Source of the DNA: Bryobacterales bacterium
GTDB lineage: Bacteria; Acidobacteriota; Terriglobia; Bryobacterales; Bryobacteraceae
Length of the DNA: 64,000 nucleotides
Direction of reading: 5' to 3'
Assembly (NCBI GenBank): GCA_963719195.1
Contig: CAVRBB010000009.1
Location: forward strand, 406,280 to 470,279
Position numbers and translations under genes: made by a program. This document shows, in pieces, positions 43,782 through 53,800 of this stretch. The notes beneath the pieces are model-generated. The model was not told the DNA's origin, did not search any database, and saw only the letters and a list, made by a program, of their open reading frames with translations. Within the stretch, counting starts at the first letter, position 1; each line of letters begins with the position of its first letter.

Positions 43782-44849
43782 TCAGCCTGTGACGGCTTCC
43801 GCCAGATGAGGCTGGTAAACGCAGCGCGGGTCCTCGGCCAGGAAGTCGCCCGTAAGCGCATAGGCTCGCGAGCGGGATCCGCCGCAGATCTTCTTGTATT
43901 CGCACAGCCCGCATTTGCCTTCCCGCTGGTCGGTGTCCCGCAGGCTGCGGAACAGGTCGGAATTGCGGTACACGTCGGTGAGCGAATTCTGCAAAACGTT
44001 GCCGCCGCTCACCGGCAGGAACCCGCTCGGGAAGATCTCGCCCGTGTGGGAGACGAACACGAATCCCTTGCCGTCGCTCACGCCCGCCGTGCGCCATGCC
44101 ACGCCCTTGGCACTCTCGTTCTGGGTGGGGCCGTGCTCGGCCTTGATGCGCTGCGCCACGTAGCGCCGGTAGTGCATGGCTTCCGTGGTCTTGATCCCGA
44201 ACGGTGCGGTCTTCGAAAGCTCGTACATGAACTCGAACACCTGCTCGTATTCCGGCGCCAGCAGGTCGTCATTCTCCGCGGCGCGGCCGGTCACGATCAG
44301 GAAGAAGAGGCTCCACATCTTGGTGCGCACTTCTTTCGCGATCTCGGCCACTTCCGCCAGCCGCCCCATGTTGCGCCGGGTGACCGTGGTCTGAAGCTGG
44401 GTGTCGAGCCCGATGTCGCGCGCGTGCCGCAAGGCGAACATGGCCCGGTCGAAGGTGCCCGGGATGCCGCGGAAATCGTCGTGCGTGGCCGCATCCGGCC
44501 CGTCCAGGCTGATCGCCATGCGGGTTACCCCCGCCTTCTGAAATCCCTCGATGGCCTCCGCCGTGAGCAGCGGCGTGGCGCTGGGGGTCACATTAGTGCG
44601 CAGCCCGATCTGCACCGAATACCGGACCAGGTCGTACAGGTCCGGCCGCTTCAGCGGATCCCCGCCCGTGAACACCAGGAGCGGCTCGCCGAACGAGCGG
44701 ATCTCATCCAGCAGGCGGTACCCCTGCTCGGTGGTCAACTCGTTCGGATGCCGGTCCGGCTGGGCCGAAGCCCGGCAATGCACGCAAGCCAGATCGCAAG
44801 CCTGGGTGACTTCCCAGATCACCAACATCGGGGACTGATCGAAGTTCAT
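43782..44849 (-). CDS. Radical SAM/SPASM domain-containing protein
   Basis: CDLACVHC (CxxxCxxC) cluster motif near the N-terminus and a C-terminal SPASM-like GKCGLCEYKKICGGSRSRAY...DPRC. Start taken at MNFDQSP. Confidence 0.85.
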   Translation of the reverse strand: MNFDQSPMLVIWEVTQACDLACVHCRASAQPDRHPNELTTEQGYRLLDEIRSFGEPLLVFTGGDPLKRPDLYDLVRYSVQIGLRTNVTPSATPLLTAEAIEGFQKAGVTRMAISLDGPDAATHDDFRGIPGTFDRAMFALRHARDIGLDTQLQTTVTRRNMGRLAEVAEIAKEVRTKMWSLFFLIVTGRAAENDDLLAPEYEQVFEFMYELSKTAPFGIKTTEAMHYRRYVAQRIKAEHGPTQNESAKGVAWRTAGVSDGKGFVFVSHTGEIFPSGFLPVSGGNVLQNSLTDVYRNSDLFRSLRDTDQREGKCGLCEYKKICGGSRSRAYALTGDFLAEDPRCVYQPHLAEAVTG

Positions 44850-45049
44850 CGGATCTCCGTTCCAGAAGAAACTCAATTGCAATTACGAGGCCACAGTCCC
44901 GCCCCTGAAAAAACTGAGGATTATTTCAACACTTGCACCTCCGATTATACCAAACCGGGTGATTTGCCCCAATTACGGGGACAGGCTACGCAATTCCCGA
45001 TTTCCCATGCCCCAACCGGGGCGTACCGCACCCGATCCCCCCGGCTACA

Positions 45050-45700
45050 ATGTTGTTTCACGTGAAACAACCCGGCCTCTTCATCACCTTCGAGGGCATG
45101 GACGGCTCCGGCAAGACTACCCAGATGCATCGCCTCGCCACCCGCCTGCGCGGCATGGGCCGCGCGGTCCTCGAAACCACCGAGCCCGGCGGCCCCCCGG
45201 TGGCCCGGCAGATCCGCCGCATCCTGCTCGACGCCGCCAACCAGGAGCTCAGCCCTACCACCGAACTGCTCCTCTACTTCGCCTCCCGCGCCCAGAACGT
45301 CGACGAGTGGATCTTCCCGGCCCTGGCCCGCGGCGAAATCGTCCTCTCCGACCGTTTCACCGATTCGTCGCTCGTCTACCAGGGCCACGGACGCGGGTTG
45401 GGCGCGGAGGCGGTCATGACCCTCGACCGCATCGCCTGCCGCGGTCTCAAGCCCGACGTCACCTTGCTGGTGGACGTCGATGCCGAGTCCAGCCTGGCCC
45501 GCGCCCGCGCCCGCAACGTCGCCGCCCCTCACGCCGAAACCCGCATGGATGACCAGGCGCTCGAGTTCCACCGCAAGGTGTATGGCGCTTACCACGCCCT
45601 GGCCGCCGCCGAACCTGAACGTGTCAAGCTGGTGAACGGCCGCGCCGATCCCGATACCATCGAGCGCGACATCTGGAGCATCGTGAGCACTTATGTTTGA
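45050..45700 (+). CDS. tmk: dTMP kinase
   Basis: LFITFEGMDGSGKTTQ P-loop and DRFTDSSLVYQG. The true start may be the in-frame GTG at 45062. Confidence 0.9.
   Translation: MLFHVKQPGLFITFEGMDGSGKTTQMHRLATRLRGMGRAVLETTEPGGPPVARQIRRILLDAANQELSPTTELLLYFASRAQNVDEWIFPALARGEIVLSDRFTDSSLVYQGHGRGLGAEAVMTLDRIACRGLKPDVTLLVDVDAESSLARARARNVAAPHAETRMDDQALEFHRKVYGAYHALAAAEPERVKLVNGRADPDTIERDIWSIVSTYV
45052..45071. promoter_or_regulatory. Perfect 20-bp palindrome GTTGTTTCAC/GTGAAACAAC over the tmk start, preceded by TACAAT
   Basis: Read directly. TACAAT lies at 45046-45051. Function unknown (operator or start-sequestering hairpin). Confidence 0.35.
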
Positions 45701-46721
45701 CAACTTCTGGGGCAACCCGCACGTCACCCGCGCGCTGGAACAGATGGTGGCCCAGGAGCGCCTGGCGCAAACCCTGCTGTTCTCCGGCCCCGAAGGCGTC
45801 GGCAAGGCGACGCTCGCCCGCCGCCTGGGCGCGCGCCTGCTGGGCCGCCCCGAGCGGATCGAACAGGATGACCTCAGCCTGCCGGGCAACCTGGAGACCG
45901 TCACGAGCCGCGAAAAGTGGCCCGCCGACAAGCGCAACGACGATCCCTTGCTGTTCGCCACGCATCCCGATTTCGTCACCTTCGCCCCCGACGGCCCGCT
46001 GCGCCAGATCACCATCCAGCAGGCCCGCCTGCTCAAGGAGCGCGCCCCCTACCTCCCGCACAAGGGCAAACGGCGCGTCTTCCTCATCGATCACGTGGAT
46101 CGCGCCAACGATCAGGCCGCCAACTCGCTGCTCAAGACTCTCGAGGAGCCGCCCGAGCACCTCATCCTGATCATGACCGCGGAAAACGCTTATGACTTGC
46201 TGCCCACCATCCGCTCGCGCGCCGTCCCGTTCCACTTCACCCCCCTCTCGCGCGGCGAGATGCGCGAGTTCGTGAGCGCCCGCGGCCTGGACCATCCCGA
46301 GCGGCGCATCGCCCTGGCCGCGGGCAGCCCCGGACTGGCCATTTCCATTGATCTCGAAGCCTACGACAAGCGCCGCGCCGCCATGCTGGCGCTGTTGAAG
46401 GTGGCCGCCGGCGTGGAACCCTTCATTTCGTGGATGCCCTTCTCGGAGACCCTCTCCCGCAGCCGAAGCGAAAAACTGGAGTTCTACCTCAAGGTGCTCT
46501 ACGACCTGCTGCGCGACCTCCTCCTGCTCCAGCAGGGCGGCGGCGAGATCCGCAACGAAGACATCCGGCACGACCTCGAAGCGCTCACCCTCCGGCTCCC
46601 GTTTGCATGGATCCGCCGGGCCGTGGCCAGGATCGACGAGCTGGTGGAAATGATGCGGCGCAACATCCAGAAGACGATCGCGCTGGACGCCCTGATCGTG
46701 ACTCTGCGCCCGGCAGGGTAA
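45693..46721 (+). CDS. holB: DNA polymerase III subunit delta'
   Basis: LLFSGPEGVGKATLA Walker A, DRANDQAANSLLKTLEEPP and IRSRAVPFHF. Overlaps tmk by 8 nt. Confidence 0.85.
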   Translation: MFDNFWGNPHVTRALEQMVAQERLAQTLLFSGPEGVGKATLARRLGARLLGRPERIEQDDLSLPGNLETVTSREKWPADKRNDDPLLFATHPDFVTFAPDGPLRQITIQQARLLKERAPYLPHKGKRRVFLIDHVDRANDQAANSLLKTLEEPPEHLILIMTAENAYDLLPTIRSRAVPFHFTPLSRGEMREFVSARGLDHPERRIALAAGSPGLAISIDLEAYDKRRAAMLALLKVAAGVEPFISWMPFSETLSRSRSEKLEFYLKVLYDLLRDLLLLQQGGGEIRNEDIRHDLEALTLRLPFAWIRRAVARIDELVEMMRRNIQKTIALDALIVTLRPAG

Positions 46722-46724
46722 GGC

Positions 46725-48006
46725 TTACCCTCCGATGGCAGACAGCCGTTCCCAGAATTCCGGGAACGACACCGACGCCGCTTCCGCTCCCTCGATCACC
46801 GATTCGCCGTCGCATGCCAGCGCCGCCACGGCAAACGCCATGGCGATCCGGTGATCGCCGAACGAGTCGAACGCCGCCGCGTGGAACTTCTGGCGCCCCG
46901 GAATCACCATGCCATCGGGGCATTCCTCGGCGGCCACACCCATGCGGCGCAGGTTGTCCACCACGGTGCGGACGCGGTCGGTCTCCTTCACCCGCAGCTC
47001 CGCCGCATCCTTCACGACCAGCCCCTCTTCGCTCGCGGCACCCAGCACCGCCAGCACGGGGATCTCGTCGATCAATGCCGCCGCCAGGCCGCCTTCGATG
47101 GCGCCTCCGCGAACCCGCGAATACTCCACCTCGAGGTTCCCCACCAGCTCGCCATTGATGCTTTCCAGGTCGGGGATGCGGATGCGCGCCCCCATGCCCA
47201 CCAGGAAATCGAGCAGGGCCGACCGCGTCGGGTTCAGACCTACGCCGGGAATGGAAAGCTGCGAGCCCGGCACCAGCAGCGCCGCGACCAGGAAAAACGC
47301 CGCCGAAGAAAGGTCGGAGGGCACCGTCAACTCCCGCCCGGTGAGCCTCGGCCGGCCGGTGATTGCAATCCTCCCCCGCCCCACCTTCACGTCGGCGCCG
47401 AATTCGCGCAGCGCGATCTCGGTGTGGTCGCGCGACCGCGCCGGCTCTGTCACGGCGGTTTCGCCATCCGCGTACAGCCCGGCCAACAGCACGCACGTCT
47501 TCACCTGCGCGCTGGCCACGGGCAGCTCATAATCAATCGGGCGCAGGCGCCCGCCTTCGATCTCGATGCGGCGGAAACTGGTCTTCGCGCGCGCGGATCC
47601 GCGCGCCCATCTGCTCCAGTGGCCGCATGATGCGCCGCATGGGCCGGCGGGATAGCGATTCGTCGCCGAAGATGCGCGTCCGGAACGGCTGCCCGGCGAG
47701 AATGCCCGAGAACATGCGGATGGTCGAGCCCGAGTTGCCCGCATCCAGATCGGCGGCCGGCTCGCGCAACCCGTCGAGCCCCCGGCCGTGGATCGTGAAC
47801 TCGGTCCCGCTCCCTTCGACCGGGATTCCGAGCGCGCGCACACAGCCCAGCGTCGAATGGCAATCCGCGCCCGTGGAGAAATTCCGAATCCGGCTCTCGC
47901 CTTCGGCGATGGCGGCGATCATGGCGTAGCGGTGGGAGATCGACTTGTCGCCGGGCAGGGCGACGGCGCCCGAGAGCGGCCGTGCGGGAGAAATCCTCTT
48001 TTCCAT
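46725..48006 (-). pseudogene. aroA: 3-phosphoshikimate 1-carboxyvinyltransferase (EPSP synthase) interrupted by a 1-nt frame change at about 47565-47574
   Basis: The N-part has LPGDKSISHR, LDAGNSGSTIR and ..REDQFPP. The C-part resumes IEIEGGRLRPIDYELPVASAQVKT in another frame. One extra c in ccgccgCatcgag explains the change. Confidence 0.85.
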
Positions 48007-48009
48007 GGG

Positions 48010-48357
48010 TTAGTCTTCCATTCCGAGCAGTTCCAGGAGTGCGCGGCCGGTCCGCTTCATGAGCGCGGGCGGCAACCGAAGCAGCGGCCCGCGAACCAGG
48101 CGCCGGTTGTCGATGGCGCGTAGCTGGTCCATCAACAGGTCGGAGTCGCGGGTGAGGCGTCCCGCCGCTGGAACCCGGACCCGTAATGGTTCGGCATCCT
48201 CGACGAGTTTGGTAGTCAGCGGAATCACGTAAGCGGAAGGATGTTCCGCCCCGAGCAGTGCCTGCGACTGGAAGATCAGAACCGGGCGGGTCCTGCCGGG
48301 TTCGGTCCCGCGGCGCGGGTCGAGGTTAGCCAGCCAGATCTCGCCGCGATCAGGCAT
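48010..48357 (-). CDS. mazF: Type II toxin, MazF/PemK-family endoribonuclease
   Basis: MPDRGEIWLANLDPRRGTEPGRTRPVLIFQS...IPLTT...LMDQLRAIDNRRL. Confidence 0.85.
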   Translation of the reverse strand: MPDRGEIWLANLDPRRGTEPGRTRPVLIFQSQALLGAEHPSAYVIPLTTKLVEDAEPLRVRVPAAGRLTRDSDLLMDQLRAIDNRRLVRGPLLRLPPALMKRTGRALLELLGMED

Positions 48358-48586
48358 CCGGATCCCGCTCGATCTTCGCGAACTCCGCATTCACCCGCAT
48401 GCTTTCCTCTCGCACCCGCTTCGACAGCTCCACCAGCCGTTCCGCGCGAAACCGCGCGGCGGTGCGCCGGTTCATCCGGCGAATTGCCATGCGGATGTAC
48501 TCGGCACGCGACAAATGCAGGCGGTCAGCCAGTTCCCCGCTCTCCGCAGCGAGCTCATCCGGGAGTTTGAGAGCGATACTACGCAC
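48350..48586 (-). CDS. Ribbon-helix-helix (CopG-type) antitoxin
   Basis: SIALKLPDELAAESGELADRLHLSRAEYIRMAIRR. GTG start at 48586 is preceded by AGGAGA. 8-nt overlap with mazF. Confidence 0.7.
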   Translation of the reverse strand: MRSIALKLPDELAAESGELADRLHLSRAEYIRMAIRRMNRRTAARFRAERLVELSKRVREESMRVNAEFAKIERDPDA

Positions 48587-48659
48587 GGATATCTCCTGCG
48601 GATATTCTACCAGCCGCGGCCGCGCAGCAGCAGCGGCCTTCCATGAGAGAATTGATGCG

Positions 48660-49268
48660 ATGGAAAGCCGCCAGACCGAGCCCATGTTCCTGCCCGGGGT
48701 CGAAGCCAATCCGCAGCCGGGTCCCTACCGCAACCTCATCGAGACGTTCCGCAAGAACGGCGCCGAGTATCCCCAGATCTGGCACCTGTTCGCATTCCGG
48801 CAGGAGGCCACCGAGCACCTGGCGCGTTTCACCCAGGCGATGATGCGCGGGCCGGCGCCGATGCCTCCCGGCATTCGCGAGCTGATCGCGGCCTACACGT
48901 CGTACCGCAACGACTGCCCGTTTTGACTGAAGGCCCACGCCGCAGTTGCGGCGGAACTGCTGGGGGACGAGGCGCTGGTCTGGGCCGTGCTGCGCGATGT
49001 CGAAAGCTCGCCGCTCGACGAGAAACACAAAGCCCTGTTCCGTTTCATCGATAAGGTGAATCGCGACTCGCCGCGCATCACGCCCGAAGACATGAAGCCC
49101 CTGTACGCGGCCGGATGGGATGACGAGGCCATCTACTTCGCCATTACGGTGTGCGCGCTGTTCAATTTTTACAACCGCTGGATCGACGCCGGCGGAGTGC
49201 ACGCCATGTCCGAGGAGGCGCATCGCGAAGGCGGCCGGCGTACCGCGGCCCACGGGTACATTCGCTAG
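48660..49268 (+). CDS. AhpD-like/CMD-family peroxidase-related protein read through one in-frame TGA (48924-48926); candidate selenoprotein, otherwise a pseudogene
   Basis: ORFs 48399-48926 and 48987-49268 are in the same frame with only this stop between them. The TGA replaces the second Cys of the family motif: SYRNDCPF[TGA]LKAH. Confidence 0.65.
48938..48953 (+). other. Candidate bacterial SECIS upper stem-loop
   Basis: CGCCGC-AGTT-GCGGCG starts 11 nt after the TGA. The loop contains GU. Confidence 0.35.
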
Positions 49269-49352
49269 AGCGCAGCGCGGTGCGGCCTGGCAGGCTGTGG
49301 CAGAACCGCAACCCGGCCCGGAGGCAGGCGGGCTTTCTCTTGTTGCCACCGC

Positions 49353-50294
49353 CTAGCGCGCGTTCGCGTAGGCGGCGTACATCTCCCGGATCCCCGCCGC
49401 CGTGGTATCGCCGGGGTGAATCACCACCCGAAACCGGAACCGCAGCGGCTGGCCGGGGCGGATGGTGAGGCTTCCGTCGCGACTCTTGTCGTTTTCGAAA
49501 TCGTGCACCCCGAAAATATTGGTGGCGAAGAGGCCATACGCCCGCGCGTGCCAGTATGTGGGATAGCGCGGGTTGTTGGGATGGTCGAAGATCGCCACTC
49601 CCAGCGTCTGCCCGTCGATCTGCCCGTAATAGTCCACCCACTCCGAGCGCTTGCCCCAGACGTTCTTTTCTCCCGATTTGTTCTGCGCATTCACCATGTG
49701 GCCGCCGCGGTCTTCCTCGAGCGGCGCGGCCAGGCGAATGGCGAACATGCCTTCCTTGGTGTCTCCGAACTTGACTTCTTCCTCTGGCGAGAGCGTAGCG
49801 TCGAAATCGACGATACGCATCCGCGGGTCCGCATAGAAGGTCATGCTGCGGCGCTCGGTGAGCAGCGCCTTTCCGCCGGCCACCCACTCGAAGATGGCGT
49901 CGATGGCGCCTTTGCTCTTGCCGCTGGTCACCTTGTCGATTCTGGTCAACACCACCTTGCCTTTGCCCTTACCGGCGCCCTTTTGGGAATCTTCGTTGCC
50001 CCAGAAGTCGTAGCCGTTCACGTCGCCGTGCGTGAACCACAGCCCGCGGTGATGGGGATGATCGTGCGGCTCGCCCGGGATGTCGGTCACCATGGGATAG
50101 CCGCGCGTGACGATGACGCCCGATGCGGCGCGCAACGGGCTGAGGTATGGCTTTTTGGTCTCCGGCCCGACGAAGAAGTCGGTGAACGGCTTTCCGTCGA
50201 TCTCCACCGAGACCTTCTGATTGTCTTGTTGCGCGATCTTCACCTGCGCGAAGAGCGGCACACCGAGAGCGGCGAGCAACAGGATGCGGGTCAT
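49353..50294 (-). CDS. PmoA-family / DUF6807 protein, secreted
   Basis: Signal peptide MTRILLLAALGVPLFAQ. KPYLSPL, HDHPHHRGLWFTHGDVNGYDFW and WHARAYGLFATN. Confidence 0.75.
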   Translation of the reverse strand: MTRILLLAALGVPLFAQVKIAQQDNQKVSVEIDGKPFTDFFVGPETKKPYLSPLRAASGVIVTRGYPMVTDIPGEPHDHPHHRGLWFTHGDVNGYDFWGNEDSQKGAGKGKGKVVLTRIDKVTSGKSKGAIDAIFEWVAGGKALLTERRSMTFYADPRMRIVDFDATLSPEEEVKFGDTKEGMFAIRLAAPLEEDRGGHMVNAQNKSGEKNVWGKRSEWVDYYGQIDGQTLGVAIFDHPNNPRYPTYWHARAYGLFATNIFGVHDFENDKSRDGSLTIRPGQPLRFRFRVVIHPGDTTAAGIREMYAAYANAR

Positions 50295-50319
50295 AGAGAC
50301 ACCATGATACATCTGAGAC

Positions 50320-50680
50320 ATGGTCCGCTGGCTTGTCCCGTTGGTGCTTGCCGCGTCGGCTTGCGCGGCCGACTACTTTCCGATGGCGGTGTGGTACGGG
50401 GGCGGCAAAGCGCGCGCGCCCATGCTGGAACCCGGCGCACGCGCCAAGAAGGAACTCTGGCGCAAAGACCTGCGCCAGATCAAGGCGCTGGGCTTCAACA
50501 CGATGCGCACGTGGATCAGGGCGGCTTCGGGACCATCGCGCTGAACGTGAGCCCCACGGTGACGCCGGAAGACCTTCGCGTGTGGACGTGGTCGGCGCTG
50601 TCGCGCGGCGCCAAGGGCATCAATTACTATGACCAGAGTTTTGCCATGCTCATGAGGTCCTCGCGGGATGGGTTGTGAAG
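50320..50680 (+). pseudogene. Glycoside hydrolase family 42-like remnant with an internal deletion and frame change
   Basis: N-terminal WRKDLRQIKALGFNTMRTWI then, in another frame, WSALSRGAKGINYY. The roughly 300 codons expected between them are missing. Confidence 0.5.
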
Positions 50681-50826
50681 TACTTGAAAGTACCGCAAGT
50701 TCTGTTTCAGGCTGGTGATGAAACAGATAACAGAGGATGACAGGCGCGGCGCAACATGGGTGGTTCAGAACTATGCCGGCTATGCCGGGTGCTTCGGGCG
50801 GAGCTACCAGAGATTCTATCCGCAGC

Positions 50827-53800
50827 CTACGACAGCAGAAGCTCCAGATCTTCCCGCCGCAGATTCCGCATCACGCTGTTATCCTCGCTGATGATAGCCG
50901 CGGCCAGGTCGCGTTTGCTCTGCTGCAACTCCAGGACCTTCTCCTCGACCGTCTCGCGCGCAATCAGCCGATAGGCGAAAACCTGCTGCGTCTGCCCGAT
51001 GCGGTGCGCGCGGTCCACCGCCTGCGCTTCCACCGCCGGGTTCCACCAGGGGTCCAGCAGAAACACGTACCCGGCCGCGGTGAGGTTCAACCCCAGGCCG
51101 CCCGCCTTCAGGCTGATCAGGAACAACCGGCAGTCGCCATCGTTCTGGAAGCGCTCCACGCAACTCTGCCGGTTGTGCGTGGCGCCATCCAGGTACTCGT
51201 ACACGATCCCCAGACCGTCCAGCCGCTTGCGCACAATGCCGAGCAGGGTCGTGAATTGCGAAAACACCAGCGCCTTGTGCCCCTGGTCGAGAACTTCGCG
51301 CACCTGCTCCAACAGCATGTCCAGCTTGGCGCTGGGCTCGTTCGCGCGCTTCACGTCGATGAGGCCGGGATGGCACGCGGCCTGCCGCAAACGCAGCAAG
51401 GCCTCGAGCACCTGGATTTTCGATTTTGCCAGACCTTCGGACTCGATCCGCTTCAGCAGGGAATTCCGGTAATGCTGGCGCAGATCCTGGTACAGCTTGC
51501 GCTGGACCGGCTCCATCTCACAGTAAATCGTCTGTTCGGTTTTGGGCGGAAGCTCGCGAGCCACCTGTTCTTTCGTGCGCCGCAGGATGAAGGGGCGTAG
51601 CGCGTGGGCCAGGAGGTGGCGCGTCTCTTCGTCTGGATTGCGCGCGCTTCCGCCGGCCAGTTTGAAGACACTCGCCGCGCCCAGCATGCCGGGGTTGAGG
51701 AACTCGAACAGGGTCCAGAGCTCGCCCAGGTGATTCTCCACCGGGGTGCCGCTGAGCGCCAGCCGGTGGCGCCCGCGCAACAGGCGCACGGCTTTGGAGG
51801 ACTCGGTGGATGCGTTTTTCACCGCCTGGGCCTCGTCGAGCACGATGTAATCGAACTCGGCATCCTTGAGCCGGAGCGCATCCCGGCGCACGGTGCCGTA
51901 GGTGGTCAGGACCACGTCGCACGTGCTGAAATCCTCGGCGCTGCGCGCCAGCCCGGTGTAGTCCAGCACCTTGAGTTGCGGTGTGAAGCGCGCCGCCTCC
52001 TGCTTCCAGTTGAAGACCAGCGACTTGGGAACCACCACCAGCGACGGCGCGAGCGCTTCGCCGGCGGCACGCAGCTCACGGCGCGTTTCCAGCAGCGCGA
52101 GCACTTGCGCGGTCTTGCCCACACCCATGTCGTCGGCCAGGCAGCCTCCGAACGAGAACCGGCGGAGAAAGTGCATCCAGCCGACGCCATCGCACTGATA
52201 GTCGCGCAGTTGCCCCACGAAGCCGGGGGGCTGCGGAGCGGCCTCGACACCATGGAACCGCCGCAATTGCTCGCGGACCCGGGCGAAGGTTTCATCGCAG
52301 CGGGCTTCGGGCTGCGCTGCCAGCAGCGCGTCGAGCAGCCCGGCCTGGCTGGGGCGAAAGCGGAGGTGATCCCCCTCCCGCGAGCCCAGGCCCGCCAGCA
52401 TCCCATAACGCCGCAGCCATTCTTCGGGAAGAATGCCGTAGGTCCCGTCATCCAGGCGGACCATGTTGTCGCCGCGGCGCAAGGCTTCGAGCAGCTCGGG
52501 AAGGCGGGCGCTGCTCTCGCCGTATTCCACGGTGCCGTGCAGCTCGAACCAGTCGATGCCGCTCGCAACCTCGATGCGAAACGCTCCCGGGCGCCGGAAG
52601 ATCTTACCTTCGGCTTCCACGTGCCAGCCGGCTTCCACCAGGCCGCGGACGATACGCGGCAGCCTTTTCGGCGCGGCGTCCCAGTACGGATCTTCGTAGG
52701 GCGGCCTGTAAAACCGGATTCCCAGCCCGGTGAGCAGCTCCGCCGCGGCGTCTTCCGCGGCCTGGTCCCGGCGCAGAAAGCGGCGGTGTTCCCGATCGTA
52801 GAAACCACGCGCCGGCTCGAGGGAGGATACGAGACGGCCCTCGTAATCGAATAACAGCTCCGCGCGGAGCCGGTCCGAACCCGGCGACCCGGAGCTCCGG
52901 ATGCGAAAGCACGGGCGCACCTGCGGCGTGAACTCCTCGTAGCGGAATTCTTCGGGTACGTCCAGCGGCGGCAGTCCCGGCGAGGAGAGCAGCGCCTCCA
53001 GGAGCGACTCACGATCCTCATCCGGCACGTTGATCTGCTTCTTGCTCCGGAGATGCGCCAGCCACGTGAAGGCGGCGTCTTCCGCCAGCGGCGCCACGCG
53101 ATCGCCCGTGAAGACGAGCCCGCCATGCGTGATCAGCACCGGGGCCACCAGATCCAGTCGCTCTTCTCCCCGCCACAGAACCCCCACCACCGACCAGCCG
53201 CGCCGGTGGTGCCGGCGGATCTCAATGCCGAATTGCCACGGGTCTCCTTCATCCCAGGTAAGCGGTGTGAGCAACTCGTCTACTTTGCCATTCAGCAGGA
53301 AGCAGCGCCCGCTGCGCGCAGCCGTGCGAACGATGCTGGTGGCGAGGGGGTGCTTCACCAGGCAGGACGTGGCCAGCGTTTCATACCCCCCGCTGTAGGA
53401 GTAAGTCCAATACTGCTTGCCGCCCGCCAGGGCCGCTAAAATCTCGCGGTCCTCCGGCAACGGCATCGCTTCGATCTGATTGTGCCGGAGGCTGGCGCTG
53501 ACCGGGTCCGTCCACTTCCCGTTCGCTTTGCGGTCCCGCGTGCGCAATGCCAGTACCAGGGAATCGGTTGCGGCGCTGCTGGCCACGTCGACGGCATAGA
53601 GCAGTTGGCGCTTCTCCGGCCAGGGGGAGCCAAATGGGGGGTAATGCACCGGCGGCGTCGCTGAAATCCCGTCGATCTCCATGCGCCATGCGGGCCGAAC
53701 CGCCGGCGTCCCCTCCTCTTCGGCAGGGGGCGATTCCTCCCCTCCGTCCGGCTTGAGGCTGTCCGGAGTGGAGAGGCCGTAATCCACCGCCAGATCCGGT

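Noticed and set aside
44945-47630. Long ORFs 44945-46036(-), 45624-46571(-), 46585-47496(-) and 46851-47630(+)
   Set aside because: They are antisense or out-of-frame shadows of tmk, holB and aroA, with Arg/Pro/Gly-rich nonsense composition.
50702-50726. 8-bp hairpin CTGTTTCA-N9-TGAAACAG between the GH42 remnant and the SNF2 gene
   Set aside because: It is not followed by a T-tract on either strand, so it is not called as a terminator.
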